Part shown: positions 18,935-29,213 of the stretch, piece after piece
Layout: each line of letters starts with the position of its first letter
Position numbering within the stretch: the stretch's first letter is position 1
DNA from: an uncultured candidate division Zixibacteria bacterium
GTDB taxonomy: Bacteria > Zixibacteria > MSB-5A5 > GN15 > FEB-12
Direction: 5' to 3'
Assembly: GCA_963735035.1 (NCBI GenBank)
Contig: CAVTJJ010000003.1
Span: 384,001-448,000 of the forward strand
Length of the DNA: 64,000 bases
Notes under the pieces: model-generated
Told to the model about the DNA's origin: nothing
Database searches by the model: none
What the model saw: the letters and a program-made list of their open reading frames with translations, nothing else
Translations under genes and position numbers: made by a program

Positions 18935-19862
18935 CTATTTGAAGCGGCTCGGGCGGCGAGCTTCCCATTCGACTACGATCGGGCTGGCGACGAAAATGGA
19001 ACTGTACGTTCCAATGATCACACCCAGAATCATCGCGAATGAGAAACCGCGCAGCACTTCGCCTCCGAAGAGGAACAATATCACCACCACAATCATAACG
19101 GTCATCGAGGTGTTGATCGTCCGCGACAACACCTCGTTGATCGACCGATTGACCGAGTGCACGAATTCACCACGGCCTGCGGTACTTCTTCAGGTTCTCA
19201 CGAATACGGTCGAACACCACCACCGTATCGGTCAGCGAATATCCGGCCAAAGTCAGCAGCGCCGTTATGATCAACTGATTGAACTCGACCCCGAGCACGT
19301 AACAGATGCCGAGCACCGCCAGTACGTCGTGGAAAGTCGCAATCGTCGCGGCCATGCCGAAGCGGAAATCGAATCTGACCCAGATGTAGAGCAGAATTCC
19401 GATCAGCGAGATGATGACCGCCCAGGTGGCGTCGCGGCGAAGATTCTCTCCGACCGCCGGGCCGATAACGTGTTCGGAAACAATCGTGAATTCATTACCG
19501 GCGAATTTCTGCGTCAGCAGATTCTTGAGCGTGGTCGCCTCCTCACGATTAGCCGCTTCCGACCCCGGTTGCTTCGTCTTGATAAGGAAGGCGTTGGGGA
19601 TGTGGAAATCGGTCAGGCTGGTCACGGCGGCGTCCGGGAAAGTGCCGGACAGGGCGCCGCGGAGCTCGTCGATCGCCACCGGTTTCTGGAAATGACCCTG
19701 AAGCATCACACCGCCGGCGAAATCGATGCCCATATTGGCTTTGCCCATGGCGGTCATAATGAAGGCAAAAAGGCCTACGGTCACCAGCAAGGCGGATATC
19801 CCGAAAGCGACTTTGCGCTCGCCGATGAAATTGATATTGGTATCAGGTAATATTCTAAACAT
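18935..19862 (-). CDS. secF: Protein translocase subunit SecF, frameshifted near 19170
   Basis: GIDFAGG, IGPAVG, FHDVL and GYSLTDTVVVFDRIREN; it continues in ORF 18935..19162 with LSRTINTS...GTYSSIFVASP. Confidence 0.93.
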
Positions 19863-19881
19863 GTTGTTGTCGTCCTTTCAC

Positions 19882-21576
19882 CTATATACTCAGGGTTTGA
19901 TAGGCCTTGCGGACATCGAAGATCGCCTTCGTAATCACATAGGCCGTGTACAGGGAAATAGTCACACCCCAGAACAGGGTGATGGCGAACCCGCGCACCG
20001 CACCGGATCCGAAGATGAACAGCGCCAGGGCTGTGATAAGCGTGGTCACGTGCGAGTCAAGAATAGTCAGGAAAGCCCGCTCGTAACCGGCATCGATCGA
20101 AGCTCGAACCGTCTTGCCGGTTCGCAACTCCTCTCTGATGCGCTCGAAAATCAGAATATTCGAGTCGACCGAGATACCGATGGTCAGGATGATACCGGCG
20201 ATACCGGGCATCGTCAGCGTGGAATGAAGTCCGGCCATAATCGCCAGCAGGAAAAAGATGTTGAAGAGCAGACCGATATCGGCGATCACTCCGGAGATTC
20301 GGTAATAGATGCCGATGTACAGCAACACGATGATGAGCCCGACCATCGACGAGTAGAACCCTTTGCTGATCGAGTCGGCTCCGAGCGAGGCGCCGACCAC
20401 GTTCTTTTCGATGATCTCCACCGGCGCCGGAAGCGCACCGGCTTCAAGAACGATCTTCATGTTCACGGCGTCGTCAATCGAGGCCGAGCCGCCCATCGTG
20501 ATAGTGCCGCTGCCGCGAATCTTGGAATTGATGAACGGGGCGGACTCGACTTTGCCGTCGAGCACTACCGCCAGCGGCTTGTTGATGTTGGCGCCGGTCA
20601 ACTGGGCGAAGCGAGCGTTGCCATCGGAAGTGATCCGGAAGTCAACTTCGTGACCGCCCATCTGACCACGACGGAGCGAGATGTTTTCGAGATACTTGCC
20701 GACAAATTGAACTTTGCGCTTGAGCAAATAGAGGTCCCAGACATCGCGACCGTTTCGACTCTCGGTCCGAGTGGACCAGGCGAACTGGAGATCAACGGGG
20801 ATCAACCGCTGAACTTCGGGCATGGCGAGCCAGGCCTCCATAGCGGGCCGATCGGTCTTGTTGACCGCCCAGCCGGGCCAGTATTCGCGGGTCTGACTGC
20901 CACTCATCCATTGATCGAGACGGCTTGAGAAGGGATTGACTTCTTCCGATGTGCCCTGCTTCTCGTCAAAAGCAAACGCCGAGGTGTCCTTGGCGGAATC
21001 TTTGCCCATAAGGTCGGCCATGACATCGCTCTCACCGGTCTTGGCAGTATCGGTCTTGGCCGTCGGAGTCGTGCCGGACTTGGCCAATTCGGAGGCGTGC
21101 ACCACCGAGTCGATCTTCCGGACGATCAACGAAGCGTTGTCGTTGTTTTCGAGCAGCTTGAATTCGAGCACTGCCATCTGGCCGATAAGTTCTTCGGCAC
21201 GATTGGCGTCGGTGTAACCGGGAAGATCGATGATGATCTGATCGGTCCCCTGCTTCTGTACGTTCGGTTCGGCCACTCCGAGACCGTCAATACGAGTGCG
21301 GATGACCTGCATGGCCCTGTCAACCGCCCCGGTCGTTGCATCTTTACCCAGTTCCTCGGTCTTGACCCGGAGTACCACGTGGATACCACCCTGAAGATCG
21401 AGACCCAGGCGAATAGCTTTCTGTTGCAGGGCGAGCAAATCACCCGGCTGTTTCTCCTGCATAATCTGACGGGCAGTGGGTTCCATCGTCCACAGCTTGA
21501 ACGTGTCCCAGAAGGCCAGCAGGCCGACCACGACCAGCACGGCGGTAATGAGAATGCGCCATTTCTGTCCTGACAT
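19882..21576 (-). CDS. secD: Protein translocase subunit SecD
   Basis: LGLDLQGG, RIDGLGVAEP, GALPAP, VGASLG, LTMPGIAG and DSNILIFERIREE motifs. Confidence 0.96.
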   Translation of the reverse strand: MSGQKWRILITAVLVVVGLLAFWDTFKLWTMEPTARQIMQEKQPGDLLALQQKAIRLGLDLQGGIHVVLRVKTEELGKDATTGAVDRAMQVIRTRIDGLGVAEPNVQKQGTDQIIIDLPGYTDANRAEELIGQMAVLEFKLLENNDNASLIVRKIDSVVHASELAKSGTTPTAKTDTAKTGESDVMADLMGKDSAKDTSAFAFDEKQGTSEEVNPFSSRLDQWMSGSQTREYWPGWAVNKTDRPAMEAWLAMPEVQRLIPVDLQFAWSTRTESRNGRDVWDLYLLKRKVQFVGKYLENISLRRGQMGGHEVDFRITSDGNARFAQLTGANINKPLAVVLDGKVESAPFINSKIRGSGTITMGGSASIDDAVNMKIVLEAGALPAPVEIIEKNVVGASLGADSISKGFYSSMVGLIIVLLYIGIYYRISGVIADIGLLFNIFFLLAIMAGLHSTLTMPGIAGIILTIGISVDSNILIFERIREELRTGKTVRASIDAGYERAFLTILDSHVTTLITALALFIFGSGAVRGFAITLFWGVTISLYTAYVITKAIFDVRKAYQTLSI

Positions 21577-21704
21577 TGGGAATCCTTTCTAAAATATCTT
21601 GTGCTACTTATTTCGCAAAATAGTGACACCAGCCCGGCGTAATACCGCCCGCTGGATGTTACCGAACCGTTCACGGTTCAGTCTGACAGAGAATTGACGA
21701 GGAG

Positions 21705-22142
21705 TTAGCTGGTGCCCGAAGGGCGAGCGCCAACGAGCGTGAAGCGATGCCCGATCTGAGAGGCGACCAGACTCACGGATTGATAAACGGCGCTGTGCGC
21801 GTTAAGTCCGTGGCTGGGGCTGATCTCGACGGTCGAGGGCGAGAAGATCAGGCGGTGGGAAAAGCTGCCACCCGCCGGAAGACCCGGATTCCCTTGCATC
21901 AAGAAGCACTGCTCAGTGCTCGGATGACTGCCGGGGGCCATGCCGCCGGTAGCTTCCTTGGGATCGGGCTTTTGGTCAAAGGCTGCGGCGACCGAAGTTG
22001 ATTCGGCCGGGCTGGGAGACATTTGCTCGGTGAACAGACGATGCGCCGCGCCGGCGCCGGTTATCATCAGAGCCAGTAGCGCTCCGACAACCACGGCGAC
22101 ACGTAAACCGGTCAAAGTAATGTGGGCGAATCGTCTCAACAT
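21705..22142 (-). CDS. Exported 145-aa ORF directly upstream of secD (candidate regulatory leader or arrest peptide)
   Basis: Basic N-terminus plus a hydrophobic signal/TM segment, an S/P-rich linker and a C-terminus FTLVGARPSGTS. TTGACT-16-TATATT lies immediately upstream (22178-22151). Confidence 0.65.
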   Translation of the reverse strand: MLRRFAHITLTGLRVAVVVGALLALMITGAGAAHRLFTEQMSPSPAESTSVAAAFDQKPDPKEATGGMAPGSHPSTEQCFLMQGNPGLPAGGSFSHRLIFSPSTVEISPSHGLNAHSAVYQSVSLVASQIGHRFTLVGARPSGTS

Positions 22143-22197
22143 AGCCTTTCAATATATCGTCGGATTTTCGTTAGTCAACGCAAATCGCTCGCCTCGC

Positions 22198-22226
22198 TTG
22201 ACATCGCCAGTCGACCCACGTAGTTT
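22198..22226 (+). promoter_or_regulatory. Sigma70-type promoter for the M16 peptidase
   Basis: TTGACA, 17-nt spacer, TAGTTT. Confidence 0.55.
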
Positions 22227-22294
22227 AACCCGTTGCCGTGAAGATAGTTATTTCACCGGCTCAACTTTTGAACAGTTCTCAAGAGGTCCTGGCT

Positions 22295-25054
22295 ATGAGA
22301 TTCCTGGTGTCCTTTCCCACAAGACTCTTTCTGGTTGTGTCCGTCTTTGCCGCCCTGGCAGTCACCGAACCGATTCAGGCCGCAGGTCAGCCCGACAAGC
22401 TCGACAACGGCATGCAGACGATCCTGATAGAAAACCACAGTTCCCCGATGATCGCCTGTGTCATTTTTGTGCGCTCCGGAAGCAAATACGAATCGGAATA
22501 TGAAAACGGTATCACCCACTTTCTGGAGCACCTACTTTTCGACGGCACAACTCACCTTACGCGGGAAGAACTCAGCAACTCCATCCGTGACCTCGGCGGC
22601 TACATAAACGCCTTCACGCGAGAGGACCTGACGGCCTACATGGTGCTCCTGCCCAAGCAGTATATCGAGTATGGCATGACGACCGAAGTCGATATGCTTT
22701 TCAACTCGGTCTTTCCGGAGAATGAACTGACGAAAGAACGTCAGGTGGTAATCGAAGAAATCCGTCGCGACACCGACGACCCGGGCGCCCCGGCCAACGC
22801 GTTCTTCATGAAGCAGGCTTACGGCGACACCGACTACGGGCGTCCGGTCCTGGGATATGAGCCGTTCATCGCCAATATCCCCCGGGGGGCCATCATTCAG
22901 TACTGGAAGACCCACTACACGCCCGACAAGATGACCGCGCTGGTAATCGGTGATTTTGATACCAAGGCTATGAAAGCGACACTGGAGCGCATATTCGGCC
23001 GCATCCCGAAGAATAACAACGCGGAAGCTTCCAAGGCTACGGAGTTGCACCGGAAGCTGGCCGAAACGAAGCAGCGGAACGGCACAATTGTCGGACAGAA
23101 GCGATACGATACAACAGCAGCGGTGACATCGGCGTATGTGAATTTCTCGCTCGCGGCACCGTCGTTGAATTCAGCGGACTATCTCCCGTTCGACCTGCTG
23201 AGCCAGTACCTGTCTCTGGACGAAATTTCTCCCCTTTCCAAGGCTCTGAAGAACGGGGATCATCCGCTGGCCAGCGAAGTAACCGTATCGCTGAATACGC
23301 GGGCTGAATTCGCCCGGATGGATATTTCGGTGCTTACCGAAACGCCTCAGAATTGCGACAGCATCGTGAATACGGTTCTATCGACACTGTCCGGAATGGC
23401 GACTCAAACGGCTGATCCGGGCGATCTCAAAGGGATCAAGACCGGCATCCGTTGTGACGCCATCTACAACGCCGAGAAGCTCCACTACTACGCATTTCAA
23501 ATTGCCCCGATGATGATGTCAGCAACCTGGAGTTGGATTCAGAGCTACCCGGATCGCCTGGACAGCGTCAAGTGGGAGCAGTGTAAGAAGGCCGCTGACC
23601 GTTGGTTGAGTAAACCGAATTATATAGCCACGGTCGTCCGTCCGGCCGACTCGAGCCAGACTGGATTCAAACCGTCATCCCTCACCGCTGAACAGGTAAT
23701 AGCCCATTTCGATTCGACCAGTTTTCCTGCCTACGATCTGACCAAAGGGTACGAGTTGAAATATCCACAGACTGATTCGGTCGTCCTTGATCTAACTGAC
23801 AAGGCGGTCTATTGTCGAGAAATACTGCCGAACGGACTTACAGTACTGGTCAAATCGAGCCGCGACAGTCGCGTTTTCGCGATCAATATTCTCGGGAAGA
23901 ACCGCTCGGCCTGCGAACCGGACGACAAAGCGGGCATCACCGATTTCGTGAATCGGTGTCTGGCCAAGGGGACGCCAACCAGAAACGCCCAGCAAGTCAG
24001 CCGCGACCTGGCATCGATCGGAGCCAATCTGACCTTGAATGACAATCCGTGGATTCCATATGATGATCGCTATACTACACGGGGTTTTTCGTTCATAAAG
24101 TTCGAAACCATCGAGCCGTTCGCCAAAGAAGGGTTCGACCTTCTGGCCGATCTGGTACAGCACCCGGCGTTCGATTCCACTGAAGTTGAAAACGTCCGCA
24201 CCGAAATGCTGGGGACCATAAGCCGAAACGCCAGTTCGCCTTCGCAAGTAGCCCGCGATTTGTTCTACGCCCAGTTGTTCGCCGGACATCCCTTCGCCAA
24301 GAGCATCATGGGAAATGCGGCAACAATCGGATCAATTATTACCACCGACCTGCGAAATCACCATCTCAGATTCTACGCGCCGGGTAACATGATTCTGTCT
24401 GTCGTGACCAGTCGCGACACCTCGGAAGTGATGTCGTGGGTGCGAAGCAGTTTCGGAGCACCCTCAATCGAGCAGCAAGTCTGCCCGTCACCCGGCGTTC
24501 CTGCAATTGCTTCCGGGCAGCTTCATCAAGAGCTGGCCAAAGAACAGATTGCGATCTATGCAGGCGGGCTGCTTCCCGGGGCTGATTCGTCGGATGCCCT
24601 GCAGGCTCAAGTGGCCGTTTCAATTCTCTCTTCCCGCTTGGGTGAAATTCTTAGGGAGCGGCAAGGACTGGCGTACTCCACCGGGGCCGGGTCGGATTTC
24701 CAGCGCAATTTCGGATGGTACCTCGTGAGTATCGCTACCGGCAGCCAGAATTATCAGACGGCGCTCGACGGCCTGAGTCTTCAGACCGAGAAGCTGGCTT
24801 TGGACGGCCCGTGGGATACCGAAGTTAAGGGAGCCAAGAATCAGATGTGGGGACAGCTCATGAGCGCCAAGCTTTCACGTATCAACCAGGCGTACTATCT
24901 GGGGTTGGATGAATTCATGGGACGTGGTATAGGATATGATAAGCGTCTGCTGACCGCCCTGTCGAAGATCACGGTGTTGACGGTGCGTGATGCCGCCGGG
25001 AAGTATCTTCGCCCCGAAGAGTGGGTGATCGCGACCGCCGGCAAGAAGCCCTAG
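22295..25054 (+). CDS. M16 (pitrilysin/insulinase) family zinc peptidase, exported, with two fused halves
   Basis: HFLEH inverted zinc motif, NAFT and ERQVVIEE; the second half lacks HxxEH; LRERQGLAY is present. Confidence 0.92.
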   Translation: MRFLVSFPTRLFLVVSVFAALAVTEPIQAAGQPDKLDNGMQTILIENHSSPMIACVIFVRSGSKYESEYENGITHFLEHLLFDGTTHLTREELSNSIRDLGGYINAFTREDLTAYMVLLPKQYIEYGMTTEVDMLFNSVFPENELTKERQVVIEEIRRDTDDPGAPANAFFMKQAYGDTDYGRPVLGYEPFIANIPRGAIIQYWKTHYTPDKMTALVIGDFDTKAMKATLERIFGRIPKNNNAEASKATELHRKLAETKQRNGTIVGQKRYDTTAAVTSAYVNFSLAAPSLNSADYLPFDLLSQYLSLDEISPLSKALKNGDHPLASEVTVSLNTRAEFARMDISVLTETPQNCDSIVNTVLSTLSGMATQTADPGDLKGIKTGIRCDAIYNAEKLHYYAFQIAPMMMSATWSWIQSYPDRLDSVKWEQCKKAADRWLSKPNYIATVVRPADSSQTGFKPSSLTAEQVIAHFDSTSFPAYDLTKGYELKYPQTDSVVLDLTDKAVYCREILPNGLTVLVKSSRDSRVFAINILGKNRSACEPDDKAGITDFVNRCLAKGTPTRNAQQVSRDLASIGANLTLNDNPWIPYDDRYTTRGFSFIKFETIEPFAKEGFDLLADLVQHPAFDSTEVENVRTEMLGTISRNASSPSQVARDLFYAQLFAGHPFAKSIMGNAATIGSIITTDLRNHHLRFYAPGNMILSVVTSRDTSEVMSWVRSSFGAPSIEQQVCPSPGVPAIASGQLHQELAKEQIAIYAGGLLPGADSSDALQAQVAVSILSSRLGEILRERQGLAYSTGAGSDFQRNFGWYLVSIATGSQNYQTALDGLSLQTEKLALDGPWDTEVKGAKNQMWGQLMSAKLSRINQAYYLGLDEFMGRGIGYDKRLLTALSKITVLTVRDAAGKYLRPEEWVIATAGKKP

Positions 25055-25128
25055 GGGTGTGATCTCAAGTCTACGAAGCCAAGTGACATGCATCGTGGCA
25101 CGACGTGCAGTCCTTTGGTATTGCGAAG

Positions 25129-25761
25129 TCAGTCTACTACCTTAGGCTTACTCTCAGAGAACTCGCTGCTTAGTTTCTCGCGCACCAAACTGAAATTGCA
25201 TAAGAACCAGGGCCCACCGACAATACACGAGAGAATCAGCGAAATCTCGCCTGCCGTGAGACAGCGCAGACATCCACTGTCGAATAGAACCTTTGTAATC
25301 ACGGCCACAATTGCGTACATAATCATTGGAATCCAGATTCTCTTTGGTAGTTCCCCGGGGTACTCGCGTTCAAAGAAAAGACAGTATAGCAGTGTAAGTA
25401 CACAGTAAGTCGTGAACCATTCGAGAAACGTTGAAAGGTCGTTGGAGTATACAAAGAGAATGAAGACAATGACGGGGAACACTATATCCAGTACTAGTCT
25501 GAGCGCGTCTCTGTACAGCCTGTCGACAACTATCAGATGGTAAATTACCCAATCCGATAGACCGATGACGAAAGACAGGACCACAAGCGGCAGCAGAACC
25601 GGCAATTTGTTGGAATCGAACCGTCCTATCTTTGGAATTGTATACTCCAAACCGGTTGCCAGAGCAAGACCGTAGAACAGATCAATCAGCAAACCAAATT
25701 TCTTGCTGAGCGGCTCCGGCTTGCATTGCTTCAACAGAGTTGTCTCGTCACTCTGAGTCAC
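25129..25761 (-). CDS. Hypothetical multi-pass membrane protein
   Basis: AGGAGG RBS before the GTG; about six hydrophobic segments; AT-richer than its neighbours by eye. Confidence 0.65.
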   Translation of the reverse strand: MTQSDETTLLKQCKPEPLSKKFGLLIDLFYGLALATGLEYTIPKIGRFDSNKLPVLLPLVVLSFVIGLSDWVIYHLIVVDRLYRDALRLVLDIVFPVIVFILFVYSNDLSTFLEWFTTYCVLTLLYCLFFEREYPGELPKRIWIPMIMYAIVAVITKVLFDSGCLRCLTAGEISLILSCIVGGPWFLCNFSLVREKLSSEFSESKPKVVD

Positions 25762-26099
25762 TATGGACCTCCTATTCTATGAAGAATGGGCGCAGGACTG
25801 TACCTCTACTTTGGTCTTCTTTCGACTACATGTCGATTGCGGCGTCACTATCATCCTACCCATTACCATTGATTATGGAATTCAATTTGTCTGACGATAA
25901 TTGATTCTGACTATGTTGTCACCAACAATCAGCGTCTTACGCTGGTGCCTCCGAAGACCGGTAGCCCACAGCTCTGCTGTGGGTTTTTATGCTCAGAGCT
26001 ACCAGCGACTGATTATCGTTGTGAGCATGTCGGGTTTCTCGGCTCGTCCGTTTCCAGCGGCCGAACCTCGGAACGCCGACCTACTTTCTGCACATAAGC

Positions 26100-26347
26100 C
26101 GGCAGATGTGGACATCTGCCGGGCACGATTCAGAAGCTATTGTGCGGTCAGGCGTCCCTGCCTGACCGCGGCAGATATCATAGCAACCGTCGGGCAGAGA
26201 CGCCCGACGGCACACTAAAACGCGTCAGGTCACACGCCGCCTTTGGCAGCGCAGGACCTGACGCAACAACATTCGGGGAGTTGTTCCACAGCTCGCAAGC
26301 GGTGGAGCACTATCAAATTGTCAGGAGCCTAAGGGCTCCTGACCTAC
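26100..26347. repeat. Cluster of five REP-like hairpins from several families
   Basis: cggcagatgtggacatctgccgggcac; gcggtcaggc..gcctgaccgc; ccgtcgggc..gcccgacggcac; gcgtcaggtc..gacctgacgc; and gtcaggagcc..ggctcctgac-CTAC (GTAG foot on the minus strand, overlapping a stop codon). Confidence 0.8.
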
Positions 26348-27552
26348 TTCTTTCCTAGTTTCAGTCCGAGTCCAGTCATGGCGGTCGGCCAGAGATGTTT
26401 GCGGTGTAAGATGTGGTAGACTATCGCCAGGATGACGTATATCAGGGCTACTTCCATGCGGATCTGTTCCACAACTAGCTGCGCGGTAAAGAGTGCCACC
26501 AGGAGAACGCCTTCGATACGGCTCAATCTCAAATTCACCAGCACGGCCACGGCGAAGATTGACTGGGCCGCCGTCAGATATAGTTCATGATCCTGCAAAG
26601 TATCCAGTTGGAAGTTTTTGATCGTGCCGCCGGAAATGGCATACACCAGAGGAATGGTACCGACCAGCAGCGTCCACTGATTTACTTTGGACGATATCAG
26701 CGCCTTGATAGCCGATTGAGCGTTTCCACGAAGCGCCCAGGTTACGGCGATAATAAACTCAGGTGATTCCGAAGCGATCGGCGCGAGCCATTGGACCAGC
26801 AGGAACTGGCTCACACCCAGTCGGGTGCCGGTTTCGACGAGCGATTCCGCGAACGGCTCGGCGACAAAGAAAATGGTCGCGCCCGAGAAGAGAAAGAACA
26901 GCGCGGTCATGATTCGTCGGGGAACATCTTTCATGTTCGCCAGAATCTTCACCGGACCGACCAACTCGGGTTCTTTCACTTCCATCTGAGAAGCCCGTCG
27001 GGTATAGAGAATGAATAGCGTGACGAGAATGGCGGTGTCCAGCAGGCTGAGATGACCTTTGAGCGGAATCGTGAACGAATACAGCGTGGCCATCGCCAGG
27101 TAGAAGATTTCGCATCGCTGCGATTCGTCAAGCACCAGTTCCTTCTTCTTCTTGGCGATGATGAAGACGAACAGAACCACCGGCCAGCCGATTCCTACCA
27201 GCAGTCGGTTGGCCCCGGTCATATTGGCGATGGCGAAATGCGCTTGCGACGGGTCATGGGCCGACTTCCAGGTAAAGACGAAGTCCACGGCATATTCTGG
27301 CAAGACAGCTACCAGTGCAAGTAGCGCCACGGCCAAAGACTCAGAAATATCAATCTCGGCCGCCTCGGCCGCCCACGAGAGCATGAACGCCGCCCCAAAG
27401 ACGGCCATGCCAAAGATAATCGCGCCAATGATAGGCGAAATCGAATCGTGGGAGATTCCGTAAAATAGTCCGGGGATAGTCAAGAGCATGGCTACGGCGA
27501 GAAGAACATAATCGCCGGTCTTGACGTGAAGCTTCTCTCGGTGGTGGCTCAT
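26344..27552 (-). CDS. Sodium:calcium (CaCA family) antiporter
   Basis: Two alpha repeats: AVLPEYAVD...ANMTGAN and ASESPEF...LISSKVNQWTLL. Confidence 0.88.
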   Translation of the reverse strand: MSHHREKLHVKTGDYVLLAVAMLLTIPGLFYGISHDSISPIIGAIIFGMAVFGAAFMLSWAAEAAEIDISESLAVALLALVAVLPEYAVDFVFTWKSAHDPSQAHFAIANMTGANRLLVGIGWPVVLFVFIIAKKKKELVLDESQRCEIFYLAMATLYSFTIPLKGHLSLLDTAILVTLFILYTRRASQMEVKEPELVGPVKILANMKDVPRRIMTALFFLFSGATIFFVAEPFAESLVETGTRLGVSQFLLVQWLAPIASESPEFIIAVTWALRGNAQSAIKALISSKVNQWTLLVGTIPLVYAISGGTIKNFQLDTLQDHELYLTAAQSIFAVAVLVNLRLSRIEGVLLVALFTAQLVVEQIRMEVALIYVILAIVYHILHRKHLWPTAMTGLGLKLGKK

Positions 27553-27580
27553 CCGTAGTTTCCAATCCGGGTGAACAGGT

Positions 27581-28486
27581 TCAACCGCGAATCACCATGT
27601 TGACGATATCTTTTCTAAGCAGGACACCCACCAGGGTATCACCGGAAGTGACGAACACGCGTCGCACATCTTTGAAAATCATCATCGCAGCGACTTCGAC
27701 AATCCGGGTGTCCGGGCTTACTACCTCGAAGTCCTGGCGATAGAGCTGGGCGACCTTGATTGTGTCTTCCCGCTTAAACAGTTCTTCGAACGGTTCTACG
27801 TCCATAGTGTAGTTGAGATTTGATACCAGGGCCTTATAGTTGGGCAAGGCGGCTTTGATAAGATCGCGATCGTCGATCACACCCAGCAATCGATCACTCG
27901 GATCAACCACCGCCAGCGCCGAGAGGCGAAAGCGAAACATCCGATTCGCCACTTCCTTCAACGTGTCCTCCGGTGACACTTTGGCCACGTTGTGACGCAT
28001 TACGTCTTTGACCATAAGTTCTTTGTCTACGGTGACACCGGTATCCCCTATCAGCTTCACCAGATCGGCCTTGGTGGGAGCATCGAGGATGCGTTGCAGA
28101 GTGCCTTCGGTACGGGCGAAAGCGGCCAGACCGGACAATGTCTGCAGATAGAGCTTGGCGATAGTCGAGGGAGTAAGCAGCAGGCAAATGACATGGACAG
28201 GAACGTTGTCGTTTGTCTTGTCCATCAACCCCCGCCGGGAAATACCAAGCAGGATGTACATCTCAGAAACCGCGTCGGTACGAGCATGTGGGAATGCAAA
28301 CCCCCGACCATAGGATGTGCTTTCGATCTCTTCCCGCTCGCGAATCGACTGGAGCACGGTAACGAGGTCGACACTGATGCCTTCCGAGGTAATCAACTCC
28401 AGCAGTTCAATTACGGCTTCGTCTTTGGTGCGGGCGCGCAAGTCGAGTTTGATGCGCCTTTCCATGAGCAGATGGGCCAGTTTCAT
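27581..28486 (-). CDS. PTS EIIA (Ntr/Fru-type) domain plus CBS pair protein
   Basis: REREEIESTSYGRGFAFPHAR carries the phospho-His motif; a C-terminal CBS pair begins VKDVMRH..VSPEDTL. Confidence 0.88.
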   Translation of the reverse strand: MKLAHLLMERRIKLDLRARTKDEAVIELLELITSEGISVDLVTVLQSIREREEIESTSYGRGFAFPHARTDAVSEMYILLGISRRGLMDKTNDNVPVHVICLLLTPSTIAKLYLQTLSGLAAFARTEGTLQRILDAPTKADLVKLIGDTGVTVDKELMVKDVMRHNVAKVSPEDTLKEVANRMFRFRLSALAVVDPSDRLLGVIDDRDLIKAALPNYKALVSNLNYTMDVEPFEELFKREDTIKVAQLYRQDFEVVSPDTRIVEVAAMMIFKDVRRVFVTSGDTLVGVLLRKDIVNMVIRG

Positions 28487-29136
28487 ATGCCGTCTCCCGC
28501 GGCCGGGACTCCCGCTGTCTTAATACGATTTCTAAGAATTTCCGGCGAGACAACACCGCCAGAAACGAAGAATTTCACACCCTCTTCAATTGTCATGTCA
28601 ATCGGCGTGACCCCTTCGGCGGGCACAACAACAGTCATGCCGGTAACCGGTGTGGGGGTCGAGGGGACAAAACAAGTGCAGTATTCCTTCTCGACGCCGT
28701 TGATCGATATCCGATTGCGTTTGGATACGAAGCAAAGGCTGTAGAGACCCTGGCGCGGGTATTCGATCAGGGCGACCTCATGGAACGACCCGGCATTGGG
28801 TCGAGCCAGCGATTCTAGGAGTTGCTTGCTGCCGGAATAGATTGGCCGGATGAGGGGAACCCGCGCAGCGAGACGGTCTCCCAGGCGGTAAAGCTGGGCG
28901 CCAAGCAGATTGCGTGTGAGCACACCGGCCAGAACGATAATCAACAGGGTCGTCAGCAGTCCCAGCCCCGTCTGATAATAGCCCAGCAGATGATTTAGGG
29001 CGGGTCTGAGAATACCGTCGACGGTCTCAAAGAGGAACCTGAGAACAAGGAAGGTGATGATAAACGGCACCACTATCAGCACACCGCTGAGGAAATACCG
29101 CTTCAAATGTTGCCAAAAGGTCAAACTCTCGGACAT
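28483..29136 (-). CDS. DUF502 domain membrane protein
   Basis: YFLSGVLIVVPFIIT, VPLIRPIY..KQL, LIEYPR and FVPSTPTPVTG motifs. Confidence 0.88.
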   Translation of the reverse strand: MSESLTFWQHLKRYFLSGVLIVVPFIITFLVLRFLFETVDGILRPALNHLLGYYQTGLGLLTTLLIIVLAGVLTRNLLGAQLYRLGDRLAARVPLIRPIYSGSKQLLESLARPNAGSFHEVALIEYPRQGLYSLCFVSKRNRISINGVEKEYCTCFVPSTPTPVTGMTVVVPAEGVTPIDMTIEEGVKFFVSGGVVSPEILRNRIKTAGVPAAGDGI

Positions 29137-29213
29137 ACTTCTTCCCTGCCTGTCGGGGCGACGCCTCGCGGGGGCGCTTTCCCGGCCAAACAAAACACTT
29201 TTTGAAGCTCAGG

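Noticed and set aside
18852..20928. Long ORFs antisense to secF/secD (likewise 9023..10045, 15284..16201 and 43154..44380)
   Set aside because: These are shadow ORFs opposite well-supported genes, expected from GC-rich codon bias, with no recognisable motifs.
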